Shown here piece by piece: positions 13,011-25,797 of a DNA stretch of 64,000 bases (position 1 is its first letter; every line of letters begins with the position of its first letter). The DNA comes from Squalus acanthias (Eukaryota), in the NCBI GenBank assembly GCA_030390025.1, contig CM059432.1, forward strand, positions 94,426,001 through 94,490,000, read 5' to 3'. Below the pieces are notes generated by a model. It made no database searches and was not told the DNA's origin. It worked only from the letters and a program-made list of their open reading frames with translations. A program made the position numbers and the translations under genes.

Positions 13011-14451
13011 ACAAACTGAACTAACTCTTTTTAAAATAAAAACCTAACTACTTGCAATTATCAGTTGCAGACAAAAAAACATCAGATTGCACTTAGTTAT
13101 GCTAATAAAATTGTACATAAAGTTGCTCTGGCTGCAGTTGCAAGGAAATCCCAGGAAGTTTTCATTTCTATTCCAGCATTGCTGCTATTTTTACCTGTCT
13201 CACTTGGTATTCACACTGAGTTGCATTCCCTTTCAATGAATTAAGGGGTGTACCTTTACAAATCATGTGATTCAGAGTACCTTCAGAATTTTAGCACTGC
13301 AGCTATGGGTTATGAAAGCTATGAGATATTTCAAGAAGCGATATAAAATTATTTTAAAAAACTGCAACTAAACTGCATTTAAATTTTAGCAATGGTAGAA
13401 AGTAAAAAGAATGTTTATTTAAATATTTGAAAAAATCAACCTAGTGAAAAGATTTGAAACATTTGCAAATTACTAAATTTGTGTGTAATCATTTGGCACA
13501 AAAGTCATTCTCACACGCTCTTCTAACCTCTTCTCCCCTCCCCCTTGCCCATTAAATACATCTGAACGGAGAGAAAGAAATAAGTCTCTTAACCTCTTCT
13601 CCATAAGTACATCCGAACAAAACTAGAAATAAATCTAACGAATACCATGATTAATGCAGAAAACTGTATATACAGACAGACACTGTGTACTTCAATGGTA
13701 GTATTTCTTATAAGGCTATTTTTCACCATTTCTCTCATGAACCATTACCATTCTGTTGTTGGTTGTTCTCAAGGTTTGCATGTCCATCATGCTGAATGCA
13801 TATTCAGTTTCTCAGCTGGTTAATCGTTACATGGATAAAAAAAGCTAATTTCCCAAAGTCTTATGGTTCCGCAAAGTAATTTGTTGACATTTTTTGTGTT
13901 ATCTGCTTATGTACTGTATTTTGAAAAAGTTAGCTGGAAACTGAACATATCTGAGCACTGCAATACAGACACAAAAATTGGATTCATTCCAGTACTACAA
14001 AGCCATCATTTTCAAAAGCTTTTGGCGCTGCACATTAATCCGCTGAAAATCAATTTATGCTACTGTATGCTTGAAGTTGTATCAAATACCCCGAAGGAAG
14101 GATAAAAAAAAGTCTACTGCATTTGAAAAATAATTTATTGAAACTGTTTAAGAAAAAAAGTGAAGTTGGAGTGTAATTATATTTTTTTTCCCTGGGTCTT
14201 TCCTACCATTTCTATTCCATCCCTTCTCTAACATACTCCCCGTTTTTTCCACTGAGAAAAGGCTGGCCTCTCTTCGTTTTTCTTCATTGGTATATGGTTT
14301 AGGATTTAGAGTCATCCTTAAGATGCTTCTTTAAATCATTTCTAATGCACCACTTTTTGCAAATACAGTGACTAGAAGTGGACATAGTTTTCTGCGTGAA
14401 TTTTCATTTAATCTCCTTCAGAGAATATTAGTGTAATTTCTTGGATTTATA

Positions 14452-15361
14452 TTAAGAACATAAGAAATAGGAGCAGGAGTAGGCCATTTGGCCCTTCGAG
14501 CCTGCTCCGCCATTCAATGAGATTATGGCTGATCTTCTGCCTCAACTCCATTCACCGGCCCTATCGCCATATCCCTTGATGCCCATACTAGTCAGAAATC
14601 TATCGACTTCTGTTTTGAATATACCCAATGACTGAGCCTCCACAGCCCTCTGAGGTAGAGAATTCCAAAGATTCATCACCCTCTGTGTGAAGAAATTTCT
14701 TCTCATCTCAGTCCTGAATGGCTTACCCTGTATCTTGAGGCTGTGGCCCCTGGTTCTAGACTTCCCAGCTAAGGGAAACATTCTCCCAGCATCCATCCTA
14801 TCAAGCCCTGTAATAATTTTGTATGCTTCAATGAGATCCCCTCTCATTCTTCTGAATTCAAGAGAATACAGGCCTAGTTTACTCAATCTCTTCTCATACG
14901 ACAGTCCCGCCATCCCAGGAATCAATCTCGTGAACCTTCGTTGCACTCCCTCTATGGCAAGTATATCCTTCCTTAGGTAAGGAGACCAAAATTGTACACA
15001 GTACTCCAGATGTGGTCTCACCAAGGCCCTATATAATTGGAGTAAGACTTCTTTACTCCTGTACTCAAATCCTCTTGTAATGAAGGCCAGCATACCATTT
15101 GCCTTCCTAATGGCTTGCTGCACCTGCACATTCACTGTCAGTGACTCATGTACAAGGACACCCAGGTCCCTTTGAGCATCTGCATTCCCCAATCTTTCAC
15201 CATTTAGGAAATACTCTGCCTTTCTGTTTTTTCTACCAAAGTGGATAACTTCACATTTATCCACATTATATTCCATCTGCCATGTTCTCGCCCACTCACT
15301 GAGCCTGTCGAGATCCCCTTGAAGCCTCTTCACATCCTCTTCGCAACTGACACTGCCACCA
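14452..15361 (-). mobile_element. 5'-truncated CR1 LINE
   Basis: 263-aa ORF with CR1 RT C-terminus ([37 protein letters not shown]), followed by the 3' UTR and (ttcttatg)n tail. Confidence 0.93.
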
Positions 15362-15589
15362 TTCTATGGATCTATTTAAACATATTGGCTTTCTTTGTCT
15401 CAGTAATCACTACTATATAGAGTGATACCATTATTGTAAGTTGGTGTATTGTAGCCCAATCTTTTTCCTGCTCCATTTTATTTAACAATATACTATTCAT
15501 TGTGTAAACATGCTTGACATTTTTAGCACCAATATGCATTACCTCAGATTTGTTTATTTGTGTTATTTATCAGTTGACAAGTCTCTGAT

Positions 15590-16351
15590 GGTCCGATTTC
15601 CCTCTGCTTTGCATCCGGGGCACAAAGCACCTGCGGTGTCAAGTCCTTGACCCCTTTGTACTACTCATATATTTCTGGGGGTTTCTCTGAGGGGTGGAAG
15701 AGCGCTTGTGCTGAACCAGGTGTAAACATGTAAATATGTTGGTAATGAGGCAGCAGTGACATCACCAAACCTTCTGCCTCACTTTCCTCTGACTCGCCGG
15801 CATAAGACCCGGGCCATTTTAACACCAGGACTTCATTACAGTATTCCTGGACTGAGTCTGCTCAAAGCAGGGGGGAATGATGTGGAGGCCAGTCGGCTGG
15901 AATAGGAAATCACATGGTTACAGGCTGCTGCTGGGGACCAAGGAAACGGACTCCAGCAGTCAGGTAAGGGCATGGGGGATGGGGGCCGTCCAGCAGGGAT
16001 TGCAATTGGGAAGTGGGTAGCCTGAGGCAGGGGAGGGGTTTCCTTGTGGGGCCTGGAGGAGCCCATAAGGAATCCAAAATGTTTTAAAGTAACTTACCTT
16101 ATCACCTCTTTTCTGGGCATGCTCCCTCGTGCCACCAGGCTTCCCTGGTTAGGCTGGCACTGGATGCTGAACACATTAAATCTAGTTGGAGCTCAACTTT
16201 TAAATATTTTGCGGCAAGGGCCTCACACGCCTCCTGAAACCCTGGAGTTAAAATTCCAGCCAACAAGGGTGCAGCGTCAAGCCGGAGGGCAGGAGGCTGC
16301 CTCTATTTTAACTCCCCGCATGCCTTGTTCTTGTTGGGTTAAAATTGGCTC
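15590..16351. mobile_element. Possible decayed Harbinger-type MITE
   Basis: Ends gggttaaaattggctcc, similar to the right end of 17149-17979. Left end uncertain. Confidence 0.3.
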
Positions 16352-16499
16352 CTTTATATGTTGATTTCTGTCGCTTCAAAACATTTATTAAACCTTTTAT
16401 TCAATTTATCTCTGCAAACACCTGCACTTGCTTTTGACTCACAGGGTCAGGTCAGCCCACTGGAAGATTTTGGATCCCACCCCACCCCTAGTCAGGGCA

Positions 16500-17030
16500 C
16501 CTCGGGAGCAGACATGGCTTTGAGCATGCTACCATATGCCATTATCATGGAGGAGGAGGAGCAGCAGCACAGGCTGGAGCAAAGTAGAATCAGGCACCAT
16601 TTCAGAAGGATGCCGCCCACCAGATACTCCCTCACCCAAAAAAAATATAATGGCAGCATTGGTCATATCTCTGCAGAGCTCTGCATAAGAACTGTCTTGG
16701 CTTGTTTTTCTACGTTAAGGACGCTATATAAATGCAAGTTGTTGTTGCTGATGTTTCATGGTTGAAGTGGCACAAGATGAAAGAAAGTATGTCAAGGAGA
16801 TCAGCGGACATCAGAGCCAGACTGCCTTTATGTCACCAACCATATTTCCAGGCTCTGACACACCTGCCTGCAATTAATTTGCTGTAGGTTAACATGGAGC
16901 CATTTGCAGATCTATGCCATCTGCTGCAAAGGCACCTGCAACCAACCTGTGCCATAAGAACAGCACTACCAGCAACAATCAAGGTCAACTCCTCCCTCAA
17001 CTTTTTTTTCTGTTACCTCATCAGTCATGC
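16500..17030 (+). pseudogene. Remnants of a third Harbinger transposase N-terminus
   Basis: ADLCHLLQRHLQP..IRTALPATIKVNSSLNFF aligns with [12 protein letters not shown]...[15 protein letters not shown] of copy A. Preceded by a Q/E-rich then R-rich stretch. Confidence 0.6.
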
Positions 17031-17148
17031 TGCACTTTTGTCCTCAGGAGAGTGCTCTGGAGCGTTACTCAACAGTTTAGAGATGAGTCTAGAAGAGATG
17101 AGTCTAGAAAATTTTTGACAAACAATACACCCGACAGATAGAGATAAT

Positions 17149-17979
17149 GGCTGGAATTTTAATCCTTTTACGGCAGGGCCTGATTTGCATTTGAAACCTT
17201 TGTTTTCCACCTGCAGCCAACCAGATGGAGAGGCTTGCTGGCTGCAGGCGGGTAGGCCTGCCACACTAGAGAGGAGGGAGGGAGGAATCGAGTGGGAGCT
17301 GGAGGATGATCAGTGGGGGGGGGCCGGAGGATGATCGGAGGGGGTTGGGCCGGAGGATGATCGGGGGGCTAATCAAGTGGGGGCCGGAGCATGATCGGGG
17401 AGCTGATTGCATTTGGGCCAGAGGATGATCGGGGGTCCGGGGTGGCGGTGGAAGGCAGAAAATATCGGGGGGCCAGAGGAGCATTGGGGGAGAGGCAGAA
17501 AACATCGGGGGCGGCCTGAAGATCATCGTGGGGTGGGGGGAGGGGTGGAGGTTGGTTAGGCCGTGAAGGTGATCGGAGGCCTGGGGGTGAGAATCGGAGG
17601 CCTCGTAGGATGTCTCCGATCGCGAGGGGTGGGTTAGGCAGGGACGCTGGATCCAGGAGATATGTGTAAAGGCACTTACCTCCTGGATCCAGCAGTCCTT
17701 GCCTTCCATTAGCTGTCGGGTTTCTGGAGGCCTGCAAAACCCGAACAGCCACTGTTAAATTTAAAATGGTGGTTAAATCTGAGCCACGGTAGCCTCATTA
17801 TAATATTTAAATGGGCGACCCGCCTCCTGGGAGCGGGTTGGCTGCCCGCCCCCGTCCTGCCTCCGTTAAAACCGGAAGTGGGCAGGTTTAAGGCGGGTTG
17901 GGGTCGGGATTAAGATTTTTAATACTTTAACTTCCCACCAGACCCCACCCATCCGTTTTTTGGGGTTAAAATTCCTGTC
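17149..17979. mobile_element. Harbinger-type MITE with internal G-rich degenerate tandem repeat
   Basis: TIR GGCTGGAATTTTAA / TTAAAATTCCTGTC, 3-bp TSD AAT (17146-17148 and 17980-17982). GGAGGATGATCGGGG-like units at ~17290-17640. Confidence 0.75.
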
Positions 17980-20314
17980 AATCGGGTCCACTTTAGTTAA
18001 ACTGGTGTAACATTGGTAGCTTGGATAGGAAATTTGGAAGGAAGCCATTTTGCCTTCTTCCTGCCATCACAATGTAAATGAAAATCAGGCAGTTTCTATA
18101 ATAGGCAGCCAATTTGCAACGCCTGTTTTATAACTGGGCGGCAAGTTGAAAATGTACCCGTTTCCTACCTCCACATTTATTTTACCATATATTTTAGGTG
18201 TAACACACAACCTTTGGAAAGGCTAAAATAAACATTTATAACTTTTTTAAAGGTTATGAAGTGTTTTTCTCCTATATGCGGCTCCTTAAGAATAAGTGGT
18301 TGGATACCTTTAATGTTTCCAGCAGCCCCGATCCTTTAGTGAGCTCCCAATGTTAGCAACAATACGGGCCTTGAGCTTGCTGTGAATAAATAATGAGAGC
18401 CATCCTGGGAAATTCTGGGATATCAGCCTGGCTAGAAAACAGTGAGTAATGCGTTTGCTGTATAGATGTTTCACCAATTTCTGTGACCCTGCAGATAATC
18501 TATTTGTTTCATAAAAGAAAAACTGTGCTCATTTAAAAAATGTAAAATAACTTTCAGCAGTCAAATGGTTAATAAGTCTGATACTGATAAAATGTACAGC
18601 TTCTATTACCTCAAATATGAATGTACATTGGCCTAAATTCTAATGCAACCATTTGATAAGTATATACATCCCTTGTTAAAAATATTAGTTTACTGTATCT
18701 TGATGGCTGTGTCTTTGACTACTAACAATGCAAAACACAGTAATTATTAAATATAAATAACAAGTGCTACACAAGTCAGGCTCTTTTCACAAGATGGGAA
18801 CCATTACCATAGCAACAGCAGTGGTAGCTGTGTGATCAGTTCAGGATCTTCAAGCTAAATATGTAGTGGCAGAGCTGTATTTATAATTAGTGCTTTAATT
18901 TGAACTAAAAAAACTGAGTTCATTATGTTGAGATTAGTAAGCCATATCATTAAGAGAATTAATCAGTCTGCTTTTTCCCTTCATTCTTCAATGCAATCAT
19001 CTAAACAAAAAATCTTTCTTTGTTTGCATTTAAATAATGCTCTAGACTTTCCTCTATGAATGTTTAGCTCTGTATTGGACCTTATCTAAACATCCTCTGC
19101 TAATTTAATGCTCCACAATAAACCTTAACTAAATATTCCATGATAATTTTGTTGCATCTAATAATAGTTTTGTGGAATAAATCTATGGGATTGCAAAAAA
19201 GTAGCCAACTCTAAAAGTTGTGTGGGTGGACAATGAGTTAAGTTAAACCCCTTATTAAACGAGGAGTGTTGTGCTGAATTTATGCATAATGAATGAAACT
19301 TTAAAATCCTAGTATAAAACAGCCAAAACTTGGTGCAAAGTATAGCACCGTTATATTGCATTCTGTTCTGGCTGCTTAATATCTGGAGAGATTATATAAA
19401 TTAATAGTCACACGCTAGGTAGTGCTGCAAGTCTGTGTCTCATCATAGCACCATAATGCAAACTGTGAAACTGGCCCTCAAACCAGACTCATGTTAGTAA
19501 GTAATTTTAACCTTGTGCATACAAGTAAAAACAGGTTGTATATAGTGAGTGTTCCAGTTTCTTCTGAATCATGTGCACATTTGCAGCTTCAGTTGTGAAG
19601 TTCATGCGTGTCTAGCAATAACAAAGGAATTTAAGGGATGATTCTGCAATTCTGTGCTCCCAGCTGGGAGCCACACTCACAGGGAGATAGGAGCAGAGAA
19701 TCGGCACTGGAATGATGCCCTATCTCTGACCCGCACTGTCTGCATGCGTTGGAAGCATGGGATCACGGTGTAACCTATTTAGGTCAGGACACATTTACTA
19801 ATAAATCACTGGCGACAAACATTAAGCATTACAGCCTAGCAAATTAATTTACATTTATACGATAAAACAACTATTACTGGAACATTCCTTTATTATAATA
19901 CTAACACCTGTTTAGTTGCAAAACTGTACCATCCTGATAATTTGCCCCATTTCACAGTATGTGACAAAATGGAGATAAATTGAAGTCTGTGAAACAAATC
20001 GAGCAGACACAAGAATAGCAGAATAAAAAGTGGGGCACTCACAGCAGGGCTTTAGAAGTCATCTGCATAGCTGTTTTATGTAGCAACTATTACAAAAAAG
20101 CCTTGTATCATACAGGCAACAGTAAGTACTGGCATGATAAGTCCGCAGAGCTGCTTTGGGGCACAAGTAATGTCAATTGGCCATTGTGATTACTAGAATC
20201 AGGTTCTCTACATTCTGCATCTGCCCAAAATGACTGGACCAGTATTTCAGATTTACAGCATCTGTCACCCAGATATCTGATAAATGTGAAAAATTATCAC
20301 CATGATTAATAGAC

Positions 20315-20790
20315 TACAACAACAACAACAACAAATTGCATTTATATAGCATCTTTAAAAAAGAAAGACTTGGATTTATATAGCGCCTTTCATGACCACC
20401 GGACGTCTCAAAGCACTTTACAGCCAATGAAGTACTTTTGGAGTGTAGTCACTGTTGTAATGTAGGAAACGCAGTACAACATCCAAAGGCACTTCGCAGG
20501 AGCGTTATCAAACAAAATTTGACACTGCGTCACATAAGGAGATATTAGAACAGGTGACCAAAAGCTTGATCAGAGGTAGGTTTTAAGGAGCATCTTAAAG
20601 AAGGAGAGACAGGTAGAGGGGCGGAGAGGTTTAGGGAGGGAATTCCAGGGCCTAGGCAGCTGAAGACATGGCTGCTGATGGTGGAGCAATGAAAATCGAG
20701 GATGCACACAAGGTCAGAATTGGAGAAGCGCAGAGATCGCGGAGGGTTGTAGAGCTGGAGGAGGCTACAGAGATAGGGAGGGGCGAGGCA
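20315..20790 (-). mobile_element. L2 LINE 3' end with a nested SINE 3' tail (~20361-20473)
   Basis: (caa)n + ttgcatttatatagc tail and body match 43378-43710. The inserted segment matches the SINE tail seen at 25760-25797 and 27683-27770. Confidence 0.75.
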
Positions 20791-21914
20791 AACTATTGAG
20801 AAAGCTACATAAGTAAGGTTTCTGTGTGCTACATTTCATATTGGCTTTTTCCTTTTTTTGGGGAATTTGTTTTCTTTCCCCATATTTTCCTTTCCACTTG
20901 CTTTTTTCACCATGCATCTCCCTGGCTCAGCATGTTGATTGGAAACCTGCTGTTAGAACTTTGATGTTACCACTCACTGGCTAGCAACCATTAGGGACAG
21001 GAAAACAGTTTAGGGTGATCTGCCCACTAATTTTCTTTCTACCCTTGTAGGGAAGTGCATAAGCCTTGAAATAACTATTGGCAATGTTAGTGGATGAATG
21101 CTTAACTTGTTTATATGACATTGCTTTGACTGTTATTTGAGTAGGGATGTTAACCTGTTTAAGATAAACAAGAGAAAGCTAAGTGTTCATCTGCTAATAT
21201 CTCCAATAGCAATTTCTAGGTTACAGTCTCTGCTTGTTACTTCTCCCTGGGGCATAATTAAGATCAAGAGCTTATTTTGTGGGGAATATTAGTCAACTAA
21301 TTCCCAGGAGTCTATGGTGCAGTGCATAGGAGCTCCAATGTGCTTCTTGAATTATTTCAGATAAACGGTAGTCATTTACAGACTAGCAACATCAGTCTCA
21401 ATGCAAATATCAGTTTAATTCAAACACATAAAACTAACATGTAATTACAGTTTAAAAGAGACATTATAGTGTATAAACGGCTGCAGGTTTAGAGTGTCAC
21501 TGATGGTGAATGACATGTATGCCTTCTATTTCAGAACTCTTTTCGAAGGAACATTTTGTATAGAAATATTTTGCTGCAAAGTTGTATTTTTGAAACTGTC
21601 CAGAACTGTCTATTAACTATACACATTGCACTGAGAGCTAACTCAGGGAAAATTAATGAATCTGATATAATTGAGGTGGAAGTCCTAAAAGGACTAAGAA
21701 AAAATTGGGAAATTTTTCATATTCATCGCATGGACAGTAATTTGGTGGCATGGATTTCCCACCCATTATAGAGCCATCCAATTTTCAATCCATTGAAATC
21801 AATGAAAAAGAAAATCGACGGGTTCTATAACAGGCAGGCGATCTGCTCTGCCAAATTACCACCCATGTGATGAAGACAGAAATTTACTCCAATAAATCCC
21901 CATAAACAGATATT

Positions 21915-23755
21915 ATTTATCCCAGAGTGCTAAGGAGACTATGAGGGATATTTGTGAGACGTTGACAATCATTATGAGGGAGTCACTGGAAACCGAGGAG
22001 GCATCAGTGGATTAGAAGCCGGCCAACACGATGCACATGTTCAAAACGGGGAGAAATCAGAAACAGGCAATTACAGACTCATCAGTCTTACTTTTATCCT
22101 TTGTAAAATAATGGAATAATTTATCAGGTGTAAAGTTGAATATCAATACAGTAATTAACTTAGTAAACAGCAGCTGACATGGATACAGAAAGGGAAGATC
22201 CTGTCTGACCCAGCTGCTTGAATTCTTTGAGGAAGTGACATTCTAAATGGAAAAGTGATAAAGCTTATAACATGTTGTACCTAGACTTCCAGAAGGTATT
22301 TGACAAAGTTCCACATGAAAGGCTATTAGTTATGCTCAAAGCTGTGGATATTCAGGGTAAATCTTGGGTATTGATAAGAAATTGGTTGAAGGATAGAAAA
22401 CAACAGACACTTGTTCAAGGATTAGATGGGAAGAAATACTGAGTGAGGTACCCCAGGGATCGGTGTTGGGACTGCTACTATTTCTAATGGACTCAGAAAC
22501 CTAATGCAAGCTGGTCAAATCTGCAGCTGATACTTAACGAGGGGCAGAGATTACAGAATGAACTGGACAAAATAATTAAGTGGGCAGAACAATGGCTGGT
22601 AAAATTTAATGCAGCGAAGTGTCAAGTACTGCACAGGGAAGGAAAAATAAGCAACACACGTATTCCACAAAAGGTATTGAAGTAGCTCAGGATGAAGTTG
22701 AAAGAGATCTAGGAGTATTAGTATACTCAATATGTCCAACCAATGCAGAGCAGCAAGTAACAAAGCCAATAGAAAGTTGAATTATATAGCCAAAATAGCA
22801 GAAAATAAGTCAGGGTTGTGATCAAACTGTACAGTACTCTAGTCAGCGTGCACCTTGAATACTGCATCCAGTTCTGGTCGCCAGGAAACAAGGGAGATAT
22901 TCAAGCATTGGAGGCAGTGCAGAGAAGAGCCACAAGGCTAATCGACAAAGTCAGAGGTTTTAAATATGAAGACTGGAGAAATTCGGGGGGGTGAGGTGGC
23001 GGGGGGGAGGAAGAAATTCAACTTGTGGCTGGCTCGTTTTTCCGGTGTAAAATCGGCATTAGACCTCCAAATTACATGGCGTGATCTGTTGTGCCCAAAC
23101 TACACTGGAATTGCACTGGACAGCATATTGGTTTGGGCAACTCTAAGTCATCCAGGGCGCCCGCCTGAAACAGGTATTAGTCTACATAACTATGCAAATC
23201 GGGGTCCTACGCCAGCAGTAGGATCTCAAAACCAATTTTCAGTTTTTATTTTTGTGGACTCAGAAGAAGCTGCCAGTGTATTTGAGTCCTCCCCTCCCTG
23301 GGATAGCCACATCCGCCCCTCCGAGTCCCGACCTGCCAGGCAGCTCAGTGTGGGAACCGGCTGATTTCCTGCCCTCCCGGTCCGGCAAGCTACAGTGGGG
23401 CACACATTTCTCAGCCTCGGGCTTTTCAGCTATGAAAGGTGATCTTATAGAGGTATATAATATAGTTAAAGGAATGGAACTAGGTAAATTCTGAAAATTA
23501 CTTTGTTAAATTGTAAGAGTAGAACAAGGGGACACAGCTTCAAACTAATATAAGACAAATTTAGGATTGATATCAAAAAGTTCTTCTTTACACATAGAGT
23601 GATCAACACTTGGAATGGTCTATTGGAAAGAGTATTGGGGGCAAATTTCTTAAGAAACAATTGGATGCTGCAACAGGGGGACTTCAGGGACGCTCTGGAT
23701 GAATGAACTAAGAGGGACAAATGACCTTCACATCCTTAATTATCTTGTGATCCTG
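21915..23755 (+). mobile_element. Old, degenerate CR1 ORF2 fragment
   Basis: Recognisable SCLTQLLEFFEEVT, YLDFQKVFDKVPH, VPQGSVLG and HLEYCIQFWSP motifs with many stops. Interrupted at ~22970-23417. Confidence 0.8.
22970..23417. mobile_element. MITE-like insertion within the old CR1
   Basis: CR1 homology stops near 22970 and resumes near 23418. Ends gactggagaaatt / atttctcagcct are weakly inverted. Confidence 0.5.
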
Positions 23756-24316
23756 TATTTCATCTGTTGCTGAATTCTAAACTTCTCACTGTTCACATAT
23801 GCAAGAATTATTGGTTTGCAGAATAGAAATTCTCAAGGCAGTACAAACGAGATATTTTTTACCATGTCCTTTGATTGACAAGCAATGCTCTGTTGACGTG
23901 TTTTATACAAATATCACCAATATAGTCAAAAAGTTTTGCATACTTTGATTTGAAAAGAAACCCCGTCATAGAAATCAAGATTACTTTTGCACTCAGGAAT
24001 GAATGTCGTCCGTACCTATGCCTTTCTTTGATTTCCAGCAGCATACTGTTTGCTTAAAAGAGTTAATCTTTTCAATCTGAATCCTTGCTGACCGTGAGTA
24101 TGGATCAGAAAATTGTTGATGCGCTGCCTAATATCTTTTGACCCGTGCTCACAGCGGGCTAGGTACCTTGACATGTTTTAGAACTTGGACAAACGACTAT
24201 AAGATCTCGAAATTAGAAGAAACTACTTTAGGACAGTTAATTTTTGGTTACTTGTCCTGTGCAACAACCAACTTTAAAACAGATTTTTCAACCCCGTGTT
24301 AGACAAAACTGACAGT

Positions 24317-24448
24317 AAAGGGTTGATTTTCTGAATCCTCACCTATGGCGAGGTACCTCACATGCACAAGAAAATCATGGAATTTTCCAATGCATGCCTG
24401 AGGTTTATGAGGTACCTCACCAAAGTGATCTCAGAAAATCTACTCTTT
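24317..24448. repeat. ~130-bp fold-back palindrome (miniature MITE-like)
   Basis: Arms aaagggttgattttctga / tcagaaaatctactcttt, plus two internal gaggtacctca copies. Confidence 0.6.
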
Positions 24449-25021
24449 TGAGCAGAATCTTATTTTTCTGATCTCTTCCATCTGTCCAGGGTGTTTTCCC
24501 AATGGAAAAAATCAGTGATTGAGTCAACCCATGTCACTCTAGCACACCACCTGCCAGCCGCTTCAAGAGTAGCAGAAGAAGTGTTGGAGTAAGTTGTCTG
24601 TCCTCTCAGTGTCAGGGATCTGAAGGAGCGATAACTTACAAGATGGTGGAGCATACACACATTGCACAATATACATTCATAGCAGCACAGAAACCAACTG
24701 ACTGGAGAACTTCAGGAGAAACATATAAAATAATCAGGGCTGCAGATAAAAATGGAATTAGAATGACATGTGGAATGAACTCCCAGGTAAGGCAGTTAAT
24801 ACTGTGTTAGTAACACCTTAAAATAAGAGCTGCACAAATATCTGATTAGGAAAGGGATTGAGGGTTATAAGAATGGCACAAGTATGATTGCCACCTCATT
24901 GCTTATTTTACTTGCCCAGTCGCCTTTTTTAAATTGCTACCAGTTCTTAATCCAATGTACTAAAATTATGTTGTAGTTATAACAGCGTGTGAAAGCAAAG
25001 TAGTTCCAGAAAAGTTATTAC

Positions 25022-25095
25022 CTTTGAGTAGACTGTCCAGGTCAATGTCATCTGCTTCCTCTTTAATTTTCAAGTATTTTGCTGGTCGAGCCAGC
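25022..25095 (-). CDS. L3MBTL4: Internal coding exon (74 bp, phase 2-1), linker preceding the SAM domain
   Basis: Acceptor tttactctgttttctgctag| and donor AAG|gtaata. Only one frame is open: (R)LARPAKYLKIKEEADDIDLDSLLK, similar to recalled human L3MBTL4 RLVQQAKCLKIKGKEDIDLDNLF. Confidence 0.82.
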
Positions 25096-25320
25096 CTAGC
25101 AGAAAACAGAGTAAAATTCAGCCTGATTATCCTGTGTAGTTAAGATAAATTAAATAGCAATAATAATCTGATTGAACACTATGGTGGCCGTAAGTGTCAC
25201 CTTGGCTCTGGTGATAGCACGCTGACCCCTGATTCAAAAGCTTGTAAGTTCAAGTTATTGGCACATAAACTAGGCTCACACTCCAGTGCAGTATTGAGGG
25301 AATTGTGCATTGTCAGAAGT

Positions 25321-25637
25321 CAACAGCACCTCCCAAACCCGCGACCTCTACCACCTGGAAGGACAAGGGCAGCAGGCACATGGGAACACCACCACCTCCA
25401 AGTTCCCCTCCAAGTCACACACCATCCTGACTTGGAATTATATCGCCGTTCCTTCATTGTCGCTGGGTCAAAATCCTGGAACTCCCTCCCTAACAGCACT
25501 GTGGGAGTACCTTAACCATACGGACTGCAGCTGTTCAAGAAGGCAGCTCACCGCCAACTTCTCAAGGGCATTTAGGGATGGGCAATAAATGCTGGCCTTG
25601 GCAGTGTCGCCCACATCCCATGAACAAATTTTAAAAA
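25321..25637 (+). mobile_element. 3' end of a second CR1-group LINE family ('family B')
   Basis: Matches 55505-55797. 12-bp TSD ATTGTCAGAAGT (25309-25320 and 25638-25649). Confidence 0.85.
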
Positions 25638-25797
25638 ATTGTCAGAAGTGCAGCTCTCCACATGAGGAAAAATTCAGTAAGATAATGTTCCTGGAACAAA
25701 GCCTTGCTAGATGGGAGTATGAGTTACAGGTATACTATGGGCATTATTCTCTGATCGGTCTTGCTGTGTGCAAAATGGCTGCTCTGTTCACTTACAT

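Noticed and set aside
17266-17752. Proline-rich ORFs
   Set aside because: Translation by-product of the G-rich repeat in a MITE.
23859-24044. Minus-strand ORF with a donor-like site as another host exon
   Set aside because: No convincing acceptor and no similarity to the expected L3MBTL sequence.
25193-25260. tRNA gene
   Set aside because: Degenerate A/B boxes continue into a SINE body and no cloverleaf is evident.
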